64,000 nt of DNA, from the NCBI GenBank assembly GCA_965222605.1, contig OZ244960.1, positions 3,328,001 through 3,392,000 on the forward strand. Direction: 5' to 3'. Position 1 is the first letter of the stretch; each line of letters opens with the position of its first letter. The notes under the pieces are model-generated. The model was not told the DNA's origin and searched no databases. It saw only the letters and a list, made by a program, of their open reading frames with translations. The position numbers were made by a program, and so were the translations under genes. Source of the DNA: Candidatus Latescibacterota bacterium (lineage in GTDB: Bacteria; Latescibacterota; UBA2968). This document shows positions 36,517 to 47,700 of the stretch, in pieces.

Positions 36517-38198
36517 GTACCTCCTGCCAGTGAGATAACCTTATCCAATACATCGCGAATCTCTTTCGTCACGCCTTGTACGCCACGCTGTTCCATTTCG
36601 ACTGCCACATCTGCTGCCGCACGGGTCTTAGCCCTTCCTGGGAGGTTTTTAGCATACTCGGTCCAGTAGTCTGGATCACCTATCTGTTTTTTTACTTTAG
36701 ACAGATTTTGAACGGGCATGTAAGGCGCATAGATCTTGTCGTATCCGTTGCCGAGAAGATGACTCTCGATGTCAATGTACGGGAAGATGAGCCGGTCCGT
36801 CTCACTCGCCCCGTTCAAATTTGCCTTCACCTTCCGCTCGGTATTCCTGCGCTCCGTATCGTCGTCCCCAACGCAGTACCACTCGATACCTAACGCGTTC
36901 GCGATCTTCGTCAGCAGGCCAACATCGGTCTGTCTGTATTCGACTACTCTCACACCTTCTCGGTGAAGATCTTTGTCAAGCGCACGGGCCGCGGCAGGAT
37001 AGATCCAGGCCTCGGTCTCTCCTTCCACCAGTAGCCAGCAGCGTGCGAAGAGCAATTCGCCGCGTGCCAGCCGGATGTGATAGTTGAACTTCCGCTTCTC
37101 TTCGTCCGACAGGAGATCCGCTGGTATCTGGAAGGCCGAGACGCCATCCGACGTACGCGAGAGGCGGCGAATATGATGGATGTCGGTCTCTGCAAGCAGG
37201 TCACCGCTGTGTGTCGAGATCAACTTCTGTCCTGAAAAATCGCGGACTAAGTGCCAAAGTGCTCGCACGGCCGAAGGATGCAGGTGGGCCTCCGGTTCCT
37301 CCAGTGCCACAATCGGGTCCCTGTCCGGCGACAATTTGAGAAAGGCTGAGAACAACATCAGCACTGCAAGGCTCTGCGTCCCTTCCCCGTGCCGTCCCAC
37401 AGGAATTTTCGCCTCGGTCATCGTCCCCAAATGAATCTGGGCTTTGGCCAGCATGTCGAACATACGCCCAGGGACGGCTTCAATCGAGACGACATCGCCT
37501 GATGTCAAGGGAACCACATCTTGCACCTGGCGGAGTGCCGTTCGGACTTGTCCAAAGCTGGCATGCGAATCAACGACGAGTTCATTGACCTCGCGCAATT
37601 TCTGCTCAATTTCCGTTTTCTTTTCGACCGGAAGTTGGGTGTTTTGCAGAAATGGCCGCCAGAACGGGCCACTCGCATCGAAGTGGTGCGCTGCATCGCG
37701 AAGAGCGGTCAGATAGCAATAGAAAACTTCTTGCTGGATTCCCACGAGTGCTTGAGGTCCCACGTTGGTCAGAGGCTCTCGATTCGGGTTTAGAAATGAC
37801 CACTCCTGTGCGAAATCCTGGCTGGCCGAATCGTATTTGCAGGTCACTTGCAGGAGCACATGGTTGCGGCCGTCGTCTCCGACCTGAAGAATCCCGTTCC
37901 GATTGAGGCGACCGATTAGTTGATCGTTCCACTCGCCCGTCTTTTGTTCAGAGAATGAGATTTCGATCCGGATTGGCTCTGCGGAGGAAGGCTCCGCGTC
38001 TGCATCGGATAAGTGGAAGTCGAGCGCATCAAAGACGACACGCCGCGAGCTGAGGTCTCGGAGACAGAGTCGCAAGGCGTCAAGCACAGCGGTCTTGCCC
38101 GAGTTGTTCTCGCCGATTAGCACCGTAATTTCGTCAAATTTCAGTTCGAGTTGCTTGATGCCACGGAAGTTCTCTATACGGACGGCTGTGACTCTCAT
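36513..38198 (-). CDS. gajA: OLD-family ATP-dependent endonuclease (ABC ATPase + TOPRIM), Gabija GajA-type
   Basis: IENFRGI, GENNSGKT, EEPEAHLHP, STHS, LVEGETE, GDDD. Confidence 0.85.
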   Translation of the reverse strand: MRVTAVRIENFRGIKQLELKFDEITVLIGENNSGKTAVLDALRLCLRDLSSRRVVFDALDFHLSDADAEPSSAEPIRIEISFSEQKTGEWNDQLIGRLNRNGILQVGDDGRNHVLLQVTCKYDSASQDFAQEWSFLNPNREPLTNVGPQALVGIQQEVFYCYLTALRDAAHHFDASGPFWRPFLQNTQLPVEKKTEIEQKLREVNELVVDSHASFGQVRTALRQVQDVVPLTSGDVVSIEAVPGRMFDMLAKAQIHLGTMTEAKIPVGRHGEGTQSLAVLMLFSAFLKLSPDRDPIVALEEPEAHLHPSAVRALWHLVRDFSGQKLISTHSGDLLAETDIHHIRRLSRTSDGVSAFQIPADLLSDEEKRKFNYHIRLARGELLFARCWLLVEGETEAWIYPAAARALDKDLHREGVRVVEYRQTDVGLLTKIANALGIEWYCVGDDDTERRNTERKVKANLNGASETDRLIFPYIDIESHLLGNGYDKIYAPYMPVQNLSKVKKQIGDPDYWTEYAKNLPGRAKTRAAADVAVEMEQRGVQGVTKEIRDVLDKVISLAGGT

Positions 38199-38296
38199 GC
38201 AGTGCTCCCAACATCAAGCTGGACTACGGCAATGAGATTGGCACATCGTTTTTTGAACTCATTGATAGTCAAATCGGCAATTTGGGGTTTGGTCAT
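38195..38296 (-). CDS. 33-aa small ORF coupled to gajA
   Basis: RBS GAGG; MTKPQIADLTINEFKKRCANLIAVVQLDVGSTA; stop overlaps the gajA ATG (ATGA). Confidence 0.35.
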   Translation of the reverse strand: MTKPQIADLTINEFKKRCANLIAVVQLDVGSTA

Positions 38297-38312
38297 CTAT
38301 CATCCTCTTAGT

Positions 38313-38504
38313 TTAAGCACTCAGTGAGATATGCTTTTTTTCATACCTCGGAACGCAATGTTTGCATAGATCCTCAGTTTTTTCTTCTCTTTTCGCTGTC
38401 AACCATGAGTTATCATCTTCCAAATTTAATAAAAATCCCGCGCTGAGACCACCAGATGGAGTTTTATAAGGCAGTGTAAGCCAACTGTCAAAATCCATCA
38501 TCAA
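38313..38504 (-). CDS. hypothetical small protein
   Basis: 63-aa ORF overlapping the end of the upstream gene; co-oriented within the island. Confidence 0.35.
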   Translation of the reverse strand: MMMDFDSWLTLPYKTPSGGLSAGFLLNLEDDNSWLTAKREEKTEDLCKHCVPRYEKKHISLSA

Positions 38505-39159
38505 ACCCTACAGATGACGAGATAATACCATTGTAAGACAAACTGCATAAAGCGCATTCTACAACGATTTTCTTTCCTTTCCATTTCACAATGGTTTCTT
38601 TTTCCGGCGTGACGGCAGAGTAAACAACGTAATCGCCTTTAAGAGGTGCCTGCATGATTAGATCAATCCATTCATCAGCATTGCCCAATCTGGGTGAAAA
38701 AAGATTTCCCATATCAAATAAAAGGTTATCATCGTTTTTGACAGCCGTACTACGAAAATATACCCGATAGATAGCACCGTGCTCATCATAATACATGAAC
38801 GGCTCTGCATTTTGGAAAACATAATCCTGTGTGTGAGAATCGAATGAATGCTCTATGTTCATGAAAGAGACATTATGACGTGAAGTAATAAACAACAAAA
38901 TGAGATCTGAATTATTGGCAAACCAAACCAAAACCGGGGATTTTCTATTGCCAAAATTGCTCATATAATAGGCAACTTGAGCTGTCAAATAGCTATCTAA
39001 ATTTATTCTCTGTTCACGTGCATCTTGAATAGCACTGTCGAACGGAATAGCGTAACCATAGCCGCTTATGCCCTTTCCAGGCAAAATAGAATCAATGATG
39101 CTTGGGGGTCTCCCGAAGGACTCAATAATGCAGATCTTCTCTAAATCCAGATTAATCAT
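38488..39159 (-). CDS. hypothetical protein in the defence island
   Basis: 223-aa AT-rich ORF with RBS GAGG; no motif recognised. Confidence 0.7.
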   Translation of the reverse strand: MINLDLEKICIIESFGRPPSIIDSILPGKGISGYGYAIPFDSAIQDAREQRINLDSYLTAQVAYYMSNFGNRKSPVLVWFANNSDLILLFITSRHNVSFMNIEHSFDSHTQDYVFQNAEPFMYYDEHGAIYRVYFRSTAVKNDDNLLFDMGNLFSPRLGNADEWIDLIMQAPLKGDYVVYSAVTPEKETIVKWKGKKIVVECALCSLSYNGIISSSVGFDDGF

Positions 39160-39183
39160 GTCAATACCTCTTGCTGATTGTCA

Positions 39184-39215
39184 CTACTATCCGACTAATT
39201 CAGGTCGGATAGTAG
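39184..39215. terminator. intergenic hairpin
   Basis: CTACTATCCGAC...GTCGGATAGTAG, 12-bp perfect stem. Confidence 0.5.
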
Positions 39216-39216
39216 G

Positions 39217-40101
39217 TCAATTTGGAGCCTTTTCATCAGCTTCTGCCAGAAATACAATAGCTGATGCTGTCATGTGTAACATATACGCAACAAGGTAATC
39301 TGGCACGGCTTCCGGAGTTGTACCTTGACCATGCCCGCTCAATTTGTTGCGTCCGGTAGGTACACTACTCTCCAAAAGGCTTCGCAGAGACGAATAGTGC
39401 GATTGCCAAAACGGTGGGATAAGCCCGTTATCAAAACAAACCTGAATCAAGGGCTTTGCGGTTGCGTTGTTACTGTAACTCCATCTTCTTTTGTCGCAAA
39501 TTGCTTTCATTACGCTCTCGAATGCTTTTAGACATTCGTTGAGGGCTTCTTTGGCATTTCCTTTTCGATAGTGTTCGTGCGCTTTTAAGAACTCCTGTTG
39601 TGCTCCGGCATATTGCTTTTGACCGAGCAATCTGAGCGCAGGCTTAACAATTTCAGTGTGAGTGAACTCAGAGTCGATGCGGATAATTTGCCCGTTTGTG
39701 AATTGATAGCCAACGCCATGCTCCTTAAATCTTTGATTTAATTCTTTTCTTGCTTCATCGGCTCTTTCTGGGACATAGCGATGTTCTATATACCGAAATG
39801 ACAACTCTACTGCATCAAGAGCCTTTTCGATATTTTCTTCTTCTAAAAAGAATTCAAAAAGTTCGGCTTGATAATCTCTTATACCTGTATAGACTGATGA
39901 ACTCATATCAGCCAAAACAAAAACGCCATATTCACGGCACAGAGTATCGACTATGAATTTATATTCCCCTTGAAGAATATCTCTCCAGATGTGAACTATC
40001 TGCACTCTGAGAGAATGGGGAAGGTCATCATAAACATAGACATCAGGCATCTCCCCCCGCAGTCTCTTTTGACGCTTCGAGAATAAATCAAATATCGGCA
40101 A
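39217..40101 (-). CDS. AbiJ-related / abortive-infection C-terminal domain protein (STM4504/CBY_0614-like)
   Basis: IFDLFSKRQK, LRVQIVHIW, ELNQRFKEHGVGY, HEPN-like RNKLSGHG; TTG start with RBS GGAGG. Confidence 0.75.
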   Translation of the reverse strand: MPIFDLFSKRQKRLRGEMPDVYVYDDLPHSLRVQIVHIWRDILQGEYKFIVDTLCREYGVFVLADMSSSVYTGIRDYQAELFEFFLEEENIEKALDAVELSFRYIEHRYVPERADEARKELNQRFKEHGVGYQFTNGQIIRIDSEFTHTEIVKPALRLLGQKQYAGAQQEFLKAHEHYRKGNAKEALNECLKAFESVMKAICDKRRWSYSNNATAKPLIQVCFDNGLIPPFWQSHYSSLRSLLESSVPTGRNKLSGHGQGTTPEAVPDYLVAYMLHMTASAIVFLAEADEKAPN

Positions 40102-40119
40102 GACTAATGCCTCCTTCCC

Positions 40120-40212
40120 TCATTCTTTGCTACTCTGATTACCCAACCCCATACGACACTTGATGTCGTATTTCACGATAAAATCAGTTTCTTCGTCGGT
40201 GAAACTATAGCG
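40120..40212 (-). pseudogene. fossil C-terminal tail of an Eco57I-like methyltransferase
   Basis: Startless frame RYSFTDEETDFIVKYDIKCRMGLGNQSSKE*, resembling the recalled family terminus YGFTDEELDFIINYDIKYRMG. Confidence 0.65.
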
Positions 40213-40248
40213 TTATTCACTTCTTTGCTTTCGGGAAATAGCACTGTC

Positions 40249-41241
40249 TCACCCCTCCAACCCAACCCCTCGAGTGATATTCCCGAGAATGAGATTATTT
40301 GGTTCAGGAAACAAATTATAATTATCGGGTAGGAGCAGTTCTCTTTCAAGTTGCTGTTCGTACCACCGCAGTCCACCGGTTCTGCCCATTTTTCTTAAAT
40401 GCTCGACCCTGGCGGAGTTCACATGGATTGAGTAGTCATCCTCGACATAGAGTAATCCTGTATCGAACGAGCGATGATGCAGAGTGCAAAGGGCCAAGCC
40501 ATTGCTGATCTTATTAGACCCTTTTGGGTGGGCATGTGGAACAATGTGAGCAGCCTCTACAAGGTCTAACTGTATCCCGCACATTGCACACCCGTGGGAG
40601 TACGCTTCCAATACCTCTTGCCTGAACCGTGGGCTCCGAGGATACGCAGTGTGAGTTACTTGGATTTTCTGTCGGTTAACCTCAATTGGTTGCAAAAGGG
40701 GTTGTCCTAATGGGGTTTCACTATAGACTTCGAATATATGTCGCAATTCCTCATCAGTAGCTTGGTGGAGTGCTGTCGAGTTCTCCATATACAAACTGAG
40801 AAGATCGGGGCGAAACATGATCACATTTTGCCTATTGGTATCAGTATAAGTTGAGAATCCCTCTGCGTTAGCCTCTCGCAGGCGTGATAACCGAGTATAG
40901 ATAGAAACCTGTGTAACTTTCGGATTCCGAGCCAGAAATCTATTTGGATCCCATGCACTAAAGGCGTGTACGTCTGCGGAAAATCCTAATACGAATACCC
41001 TTTCTCCTCTTTTCCTTAGGTCGCGTAATGTCGCTGGCAAACGCCCTGGACATTGGATCCGGTATTCATCTGGATCAACACGCTGAGCAAAGTGAATATT
41101 GCCAACGAAAATATTAACGAATTCGTCTTTGAAGGAAAATCGGTACGGATTATTTCCATCTACAAAATAGACAGAGTCTGTATGCTGGCGAAAAGCGTCG
41201 TACAGCGCATGAAATAAGTCTGTTTTGTTTAGTATGTTCAT
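40249..41241 (-). CDS. HNH endonuclease with N-terminal methylase-associated (MTaX1-like) domain
   Basis: PDEYRIQ...LGF...FSAWDP; FRQEVLEAY..CAMC..EAAHIVP..NGLALCTLHHRSFD. Confidence 0.85.
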   Translation of the reverse strand: MNILNKTDLFHALYDAFRQHTDSVYFVDGNNPYRFSFKDEFVNIFVGNIHFAQRVDPDEYRIQCPGRLPATLRDLRKRGERVFVLGFSADVHAFSAWDPNRFLARNPKVTQVSIYTRLSRLREANAEGFSTYTDTNRQNVIMFRPDLLSLYMENSTALHQATDEELRHIFEVYSETPLGQPLLQPIEVNRQKIQVTHTAYPRSPRFRQEVLEAYSHGCAMCGIQLDLVEAAHIVPHAHPKGSNKISNGLALCTLHHRSFDTGLLYVEDDYSIHVNSARVEHLRKMGRTGGLRWYEQQLERELLLPDNYNLFPEPNNLILGNITRGVGLEG

Positions 41242-41260
41242 TTCAAATTATCCTCAAGAG

Positions 41261-44200
41261 TCACGCAGATGAAATCCTATCAACCAGTCCAGGTTCAATG
41301 GAATAAGTAGTTGATATCCACTCGTCAATCTCGTGCAGACGGCAATCAGTGTGGAAGTCAATGGGATCTGGTGGCACGAAAAGTTCTCTTATGGACGTGG
41401 GTATATTCTTCTCACCGGCGTCCTGATTGATACCGCGCACCATAGAAATGAAAGAGAATAATTCTCTCAAATCAGCCCAACTGGCACCCAGCCCCGATAG
41501 AAACACGAAGTCGGCTCTTCTCGTTAGTGAAAGTATTTTTTGATAATTGAAGTTTCCAACATATTTGCCCGCATTTTTCTTAAAAACAAGCGCAGAATAT
41601 CTGTGCTGGTGCAGTAATTCTCCGATGGTGGCCAGCTTGTGTAAATGATCCGCTGAAAAGGAAGTGATGGGAGCAAGGAGATCCTTGAGTAACCAATTTG
41701 TAACGTGGAATCCATCTCCGCGTGTTAGCCAATACCAAAAACATGCGTCTCCTGCTGTGATTGCGAGAGCCGCAAATGCTTTTTCATTAGAAGGCAGAGT
41801 TACCCAGCCGCATGTTGAGGGGGCAAGGGCACTTCTATTATCGGCATGCAATACCGGCGGCGGCTTAATATATGTCGAAATGAAATTTCGCGCTGTTGTT
41901 GAGAACCCTAATTTGGTTGATGCACCATTTGTACTGTGGGATGAGATTGACTTTGAAGATCCTGACTTAATATGCAGTGCTAGCAGTTTTGCACCGAAAT
42001 AATTCGACAGGCGGGGAATGCCGAAAGTTTTGGTGGAGATGCCATTGGCCGCCTTGTTGTAGGTTACATTATCCAATAGAAAAGTCCGATAAGCAGAGCG
42101 CCATCTGAAAAGACGAGTAGAAAACGAATCACTATTCGTTGAGGAACTGATCCAGATTGTGCATCGCTGGCTCACTCCGGAAAAGAGTGCTGCCGGAATG
42201 TTATCGAATGAAGAAAACCAATGGGTCCCGCCGTTGGCTAACTGCTCCCGTAGATCAGAGAATTCAAAGCTAAAGGTCATTGAAAGAGGAACAATGAACC
42301 CACATCGTCCGCTTTGACTTATGATGTGATGTGATCGTAAGACTACGTAACCATAAATATCTGGAAATTTCAGGGACTTGGGAAACTGCACAGCATATCC
42401 CAGCGATCTACAATTGACATAAGGCGGATTTCCTATGATCACGTCGAAGCCGCCCTTGTTCATAATCCCGTAAAACTCGACAAACCAGTGGAAAGGCTGG
42501 TGGCTGTCGCGCCATTGGGTGTAAGCCTTTTCGTTGTTCACTTTGATGCCGTAATCATCGGCCAGGTATTCGTCTAATTCCTCGCGTAGGTCGTCGAGTC
42601 GTTTCTTCAGTTCCAACTTCGCGTTGGCAAATTTGTCGGCATTCATGCCGTGGGTGGTTTGCATTTCGCGGAATTGGCGGAAGGCGCGGTCGGCGATTTC
42701 TGCGCGTTCTTCAATTTGGGGAAGCGAAAATGTTTGTTTTATCAAGTCGGTGCTCAATACCTCTTGAACTTCTTCAATCGATGTGAAGCCGACGAGTGTG
42801 TTGCCAGCGCGGATGTTGAAGTCGATGTCGGGTAGTGGCTCAATCTGGTCGTAGCTTTCTAATTGTGCGACGAGTTTCAAGAATAGGCGCAGTTTGCAGA
42901 TTTCCACGGCTTCGTCCATGATGTCAACGCCGTAGAGGTTGTCGATGATGATGGATTTGAGGATGAAGTAGCGTTCGCTGGCGTGTTCAGAGACCTGTTT
43001 TATTACATTGATGAAATCGCTCAATTTATTTGGACTGTGCTGGCGTGTTGAACGTTTCAGGTCGTCGAGGAATCCCCCCATGGCTTCCAGACAGGCTGTG
43101 TATATCGGCTCCAGGATGTTGAGTGCGGCGAATAGGAATGCGCCGGAACCACATGTCGGGTCGAGTATGGAGACTTTGGCAATTGCCTTATAGAACGCGC
43201 GAATGAGTTCTGGGCCTTCACTGCCTTCGATTGCGTTCAGGGCAAATTTTTCGATGTCCAGGTTGTAGGTGATGAGGTCGTTGATGGTCGTGATTTTGCC
43301 AGCGGCGAGTTTGGCGTGGATTTCTTCGTAGCGTTGGCGTCGGGCAATGTGCTCGCGCCACGTTTCGGTTGGCAGGGCATAGTCGGGCGGTGCTGATTTG
43401 TTCCATTCACCGCGTTTTGATACATCGTTTAAGCCCGCGTCTATTTCAGGCGGTAGTTCGCGTTTCTCTGCAAGGTTCTCTTTTTCGTGAATGTCATAAG
43501 TGATGCCGTGGCGTACGGCTTCGTAAAAATACCGATCCGGGTCGTCCGATAACAATCGCCATATTCCTCCATTGGGTTTGAATGCAATGGAGCATTCCTT
43601 TTTCGCCTGGTCGAATAAGAATGGGATAATGGTGTTGCGGCTGATGTACCCGGTGATGTCCTCTTTTGTGTAATAGGCTCCCATTTGTTTCTGGTTGATG
43701 TACTTTTCGAAGATGTAGCCAAGCACATCGGGATTGATTTCGTTGTCGTTGCGAAGTGGGTGGTCGTCGAGGTGCCAATCGTAGGCGTCGAAGAAATCAA
43801 AAATTTTCTGGAATGCCTCGTCGGGTATCTGTATTTCCGGATTGTCTCGCTCCAGATCGTGTACGTCGAATAAGCCGCCGTTGAGGTACGGGACTTTGCC
43901 GAGTAAGGCCGTCAACTCGGGATCGCGGTCGGCTTCGGGCTGGCCCAATCCCTCGTGAAATAGTCTCATCAAGAATAGTCGATAGAAACTGTGGAAGTTG
44001 CCATCGCCTTGCTGCTGGCGCACCGTTTCCAAACGGTCGCGCAGATAATTGGGGTTGTCGTCGAGAAAGCCGCGTTTTTGGATGAAGTAAATGAACATCA
44101 TCCGATTCAACATCAATGAAGCGTACCATTCGCGGCCTGCAAGGTTCTGGATGCCCGTGATGAAGTCCAGAAAAGCACTGTGCTCTTTCTTGAAACGGTC

Positions 44201-44710
44201 GTAGAATTTTTTTGTGACTTTATCAACATCGAAGGCTGCACGCACCCGGCTCACAACATGGCCAATGGTAAGATCTTCTTCTTCGCCCAGTGCGACGGCT
44301 ATTTGTTCCAGCTTTTGTTTTAATAATTCGCACGATTGGTCCTGGTAATAGATATACTGACGAGACCGGTCTGTTTGTCCCGGTTCGCGTTTCATCCATT
44401 GCCAGTACAGCGCGTTGCCATCGTGGGAGACATAGATGATGATGTGTTCGCGGACGGTCTTGGTGACGGCTCTTTCTATCTTCTGGCGGGTAGGATGGTT
44501 GGGGAAGGTATCGTCGGAGTCCGCTTTGTATTGGTAGGCGACCATGCCACGTTTTTGGGCAATGGCTTCGAGAGCGTATGTATTGTCGGCGATTGAGATT
44601 TCCAGGTCCGTTCCGCCGTGGTCCCAGCCGAGTTCTTCAATGAAAAGCGTCTGGAGATCAACGTTTTTTATATGTTGTTTGACTCTGTTTCTGTCGAGAA
44701 TTATCGGCAT
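41261..44710 (-). CDS. Eco57I-like large N6-adenine DNA methyltransferase with C-terminal TRD
   Basis: YLNGGLF, GAYYT, DPTCGSGAF, LPDIDFNIRAGNTL, FHWFVEF, IIGNPPY. Confidence 0.92.
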   Translation of the reverse strand: MPIILDRNRVKQHIKNVDLQTLFIEELGWDHGGTDLEISIADNTYALEAIAQKRGMVAYQYKADSDDTFPNHPTRQKIERAVTKTVREHIIIYVSHDGNALYWQWMKREPGQTDRSRQYIYYQDQSCELLKQKLEQIAVALGEEEDLTIGHVVSRVRAAFDVDKVTKKFYDRFKKEHSAFLDFITGIQNLAGREWYASLMLNRMMFIYFIQKRGFLDDNPNYLRDRLETVRQQQGDGNFHSFYRLFLMRLFHEGLGQPEADRDPELTALLGKVPYLNGGLFDVHDLERDNPEIQIPDEAFQKIFDFFDAYDWHLDDHPLRNDNEINPDVLGYIFEKYINQKQMGAYYTKEDITGYISRNTIIPFLFDQAKKECSIAFKPNGGIWRLLSDDPDRYFYEAVRHGITYDIHEKENLAEKRELPPEIDAGLNDVSKRGEWNKSAPPDYALPTETWREHIARRQRYEEIHAKLAAGKITTINDLITYNLDIEKFALNAIEGSEGPELIRAFYKAIAKVSILDPTCGSGAFLFAALNILEPIYTACLEAMGGFLDDLKRSTRQHSPNKLSDFINVIKQVSEHASERYFILKSIIIDNLYGVDIMDEAVEICKLRLFLKLVAQLESYDQIEPLPDIDFNIRAGNTLVGFTSIEEVQEVLSTDLIKQTFSLPQIEERAEIADRAFRQFREMQTTHGMNADKFANAKLELKKRLDDLREELDEYLADDYGIKVNNEKAYTQWRDSHQPFHWFVEFYGIMNKGGFDVIIGNPPYVNCRSLGYAVQFPKSLKFPDIYGYVVLRSHHIISQSGRCGFIVPLSMTFSFEFSDLREQLANGGTHWFSSFDNIPAALFSGVSQRCTIWISSSTNSDSFSTRLFRWRSAYRTFLLDNVTYNKAANGISTKTFGIPRLSNYFGAKLLALHIKSGSSKSISSHSTNGASTKLGFSTTARNFISTYIKPPPVLHADNRSALAPSTCGWVTLPSNEKAFAALAITAGDACFWYWLTRGDGFHVTNWLLKDLLAPITSFSADHLHKLATIGELLHQHRYSALVFKKNAGKYVGNFNYQKILSLTRRADFVFLSGLGASWADLRELFSFISMVRGINQDAGEKNIPTSIRELFVPPDPIDFHTDCRLHEIDEWISTTYSIEPGLVDRISSA

Positions 44711-44719
44711 TTTATATCC

Positions 44720-47700
44720 TCATTGTCCAATTAAGCCCATTGAGCAGATAATCTGGGGTTCCTGGCGTTCGTCTTCCTGGTGTACGATGCAAAGGCGGTC
44801 GTCATCCCTGAGGGCGATGACCAATTGTGCGAGGGTCTCATCGGCGATGCCGCTACGCAACTGACGGTTTAGCGTATCTACCGCGGCTTGACGCAGGGGA
44901 TAGCGGTAGATGTCATCTACTGCTCGATGTAGCAACTCCGTGTCGAACAGCGTGTCTTTGACGCTTTCGGCATAGTTTTTGAGCCGTTCATAAGTGCGGA
45001 ATCGGGCACTTGAGGGGCGGCCGAGTTGACCGCCGACCTGTACTTCCTCGCGGGCGATGTGTTCTGCGGCTTTGTACACCAATTCGTGGTGGGTTTCGTG
45101 GCGCGGTAGGGCGGGCGTTTCGGGTACGCAGGCCGCGGTGCGCAGGATGTCGAACTGGCTCTCGGTTACGCTATTGCCGTCGCGGTCCATCCACGCCAGG
45201 GCATCGTGCCCTTGTGCTGTACGCATATAGACCAGAGCACCTTCGGGACGCTGTGGCGTTTGTGCATAGGCCCGTGAAGAATGGACGACGGATGGCATAT
45301 CTTCGATTTTCTTTTTCAGCGACGGATCGGCCGTTGTCGCGTTTTTCCAGATCTGGTAGGCATAAGAGGAGAGATCGACGTCGGTTTCTTCTTCGCCGTC
45401 GAGGATGCCCGACTGCTCGTTGTAAAGATTGCGAACAGCGCGTTCGTCTTCGTTCTCAAAAAAGGCTTCGTCGGTTCCAACGACCTCGGCATTTTGATCG
45501 AGGCGTGTTCTAACGCGCGCCCGAAGTCGGATGAGACGTTCAACGCCATCCGCAGGGAGAAAGGAATAGCACAGGATGTTGTCCGCTCGCTGTCCGATGC
45601 GATCTACGCGCCCGGCGCGTTGAATCAGGCGGATAATCGCCCACGGGAGATCGTAATTTACGACAATGGCGCAGTCCTGAAGATTTTGTCCTTCGCTGAG
45701 TACGTCGGTGGAGATCATGACCCGCAATTCATTGTCGCTCGTAATGCGATCCTCTTTTTCGTTGCTCTTTGGGCTGAAGCGCCAGGCCTGCAATGTCGGA
45801 TTGTCCGTGTCTCCGGTTACGGCTTCCATCTGCGATACGCCGCGTGCTGCAAGCTCGTGTCCCAGATAGCGCACTGTGTCGGCGAATTGCGTAAAGACCA
45901 GAACCTTGCGGTCCGGGTGTGTGGTCATGAGCAAATCTTCCAATGCGCGGAGTTTTGTATCTTCCTCCGCTTGCCATGTCCCGAATTGAACGAGGAGGTC
46001 GCGCAGCGTTTCGGCGTCGCTCATCAGGTCTTTGCGAAGGTTTTTGATAAAATGGTGCGAGGGCACCCAGCGAAATCGCCTTCTGTATGCAGAGGCATAG
46101 AGTGTATAGACTTCAGCGGCTCGTTGGCGGAAATCTTTTTCGGTTTTCAGCACTTTTGCTTCGTTGACGTTTTCAGTCTCATCGTCGTTCTCTTCCTCAA
46201 AGATGTTGCCCGTTGTGCCTTCCACATCTTCATCATAGGAATGCGAATCGAGTAACCCAGCGTCTGCTGTCCCAATGGGGAGCGGCAGGTCATTTTCAAT
46301 GGCGTGCAGAAAAATGAAGTTCCTCAAAATGTGCCGTTCAACTGATAGCAGGAAGGCGTGACCGCTGCTCTCGAGCCGTTTGAAAAGGTTGGTTCGGCAG
46401 AAGCCCATGAGTCGCTTGCCCGCGCGCGATAAGTCGTCGAGGATTTTTTCCTCGGTTGATGTTGGCGGCGGGTTTGGCGAGGGTGTGACGTAGTTGCCGA
46501 GGCCATACCTCGGAAGTTCCAGGCCGTTTATGGCGTCAACCACGTTGTCCGCAAACAGGCGGGAATACTGGTCGCCAATGTCGAATTGGATCGTTTTGGG
46601 AACCCGGGTGGGAAAATAGGAACGACTGCCGTCTTCGAACGTCAGGTATTTCTTTTTGGTAGTCTCATCGGTGGTGGCATAGTTTTCTCGAATAAAGCTA
46701 CGGGTCCGTCGCACGAGATATAGACGCATGAGTTCCTGCCAGTCTGCCGCGTGCTCGGATTGCTCAAACGCGGCCAGCGACCGCAGAAATGCCTGGTGTT
46801 GGCGGATGAATTCTGTCTCGCCGATTTCCCGCAACCGGCGTTCTGGGCGAATCCCCAGGTCTTCGTCTTCGGGCACAAATAGGCGAAGTTGGCTGGACAG
46901 GTCCAGATACGTCTTGTTGTAGGGCGTCGCGGATAGCAGGATGCACTTGCTGTCGTTTTCTCTGATGTACTCCTGGATCGCGCGGTATCGCTTGCCTTCG
47001 CGATTTCTCAAATTGTGGCTCTCGTCAATCACTATCAGGCGGTAACGGCGCATGTCGGGTAATGTGTTGATCACGCGGGTGATTGACAATACGCGGGCGC
47101 GCATCCGATACTGATCGTGGTAATCCTCCCACATTGGAACGAGGTTCTTCGGGCATAAGATCAGCGTTTCCAGGCCGTGGACGTCCTCAAATACGCGCGC
47201 CAGAGCGGTTGCCATGAGCGTCTTGCCCAGCCCGACCACATCGCCGATGATGACGCCGCCCCGTCGGTTGAGATGGTGTGCAGCGATCTTCACAGCAGCT
47301 GCCTGAAAGTCGAGTAATTTGTTGTCGAAGTCTTTCGGTATCCGAAATTCCGTCAGGCCGGCTCGCGCTTCTTGCGACAAATGGTACGCCATTTTGATGT
47401 AGATCTGGTGGGGCGGGATCAGTTCTTCGCGCGCCCAGCTTTCCTCAATAATCTCGCTGAGTTCTTTTGAGATATCGACGCACCAGCGATCGTTCCACCT
47501 ATCTTCGAACCACGTCGCCAGCTTTTGACAGGAATCGTGATCCAATACATCGATGTTGAGTTCCCCTTGATAGGAGAGGCCCGATAGTGTGAGGTTGCTG
47601 CTTCCCAGGTATCCAACCGTGGGGCTGATCGGATCTGGTCGGAACAAGAGATAGAGCTTTGCGTGCAGCGGGTGTTTGAGGAAGAGTTTGACGACGAGTT

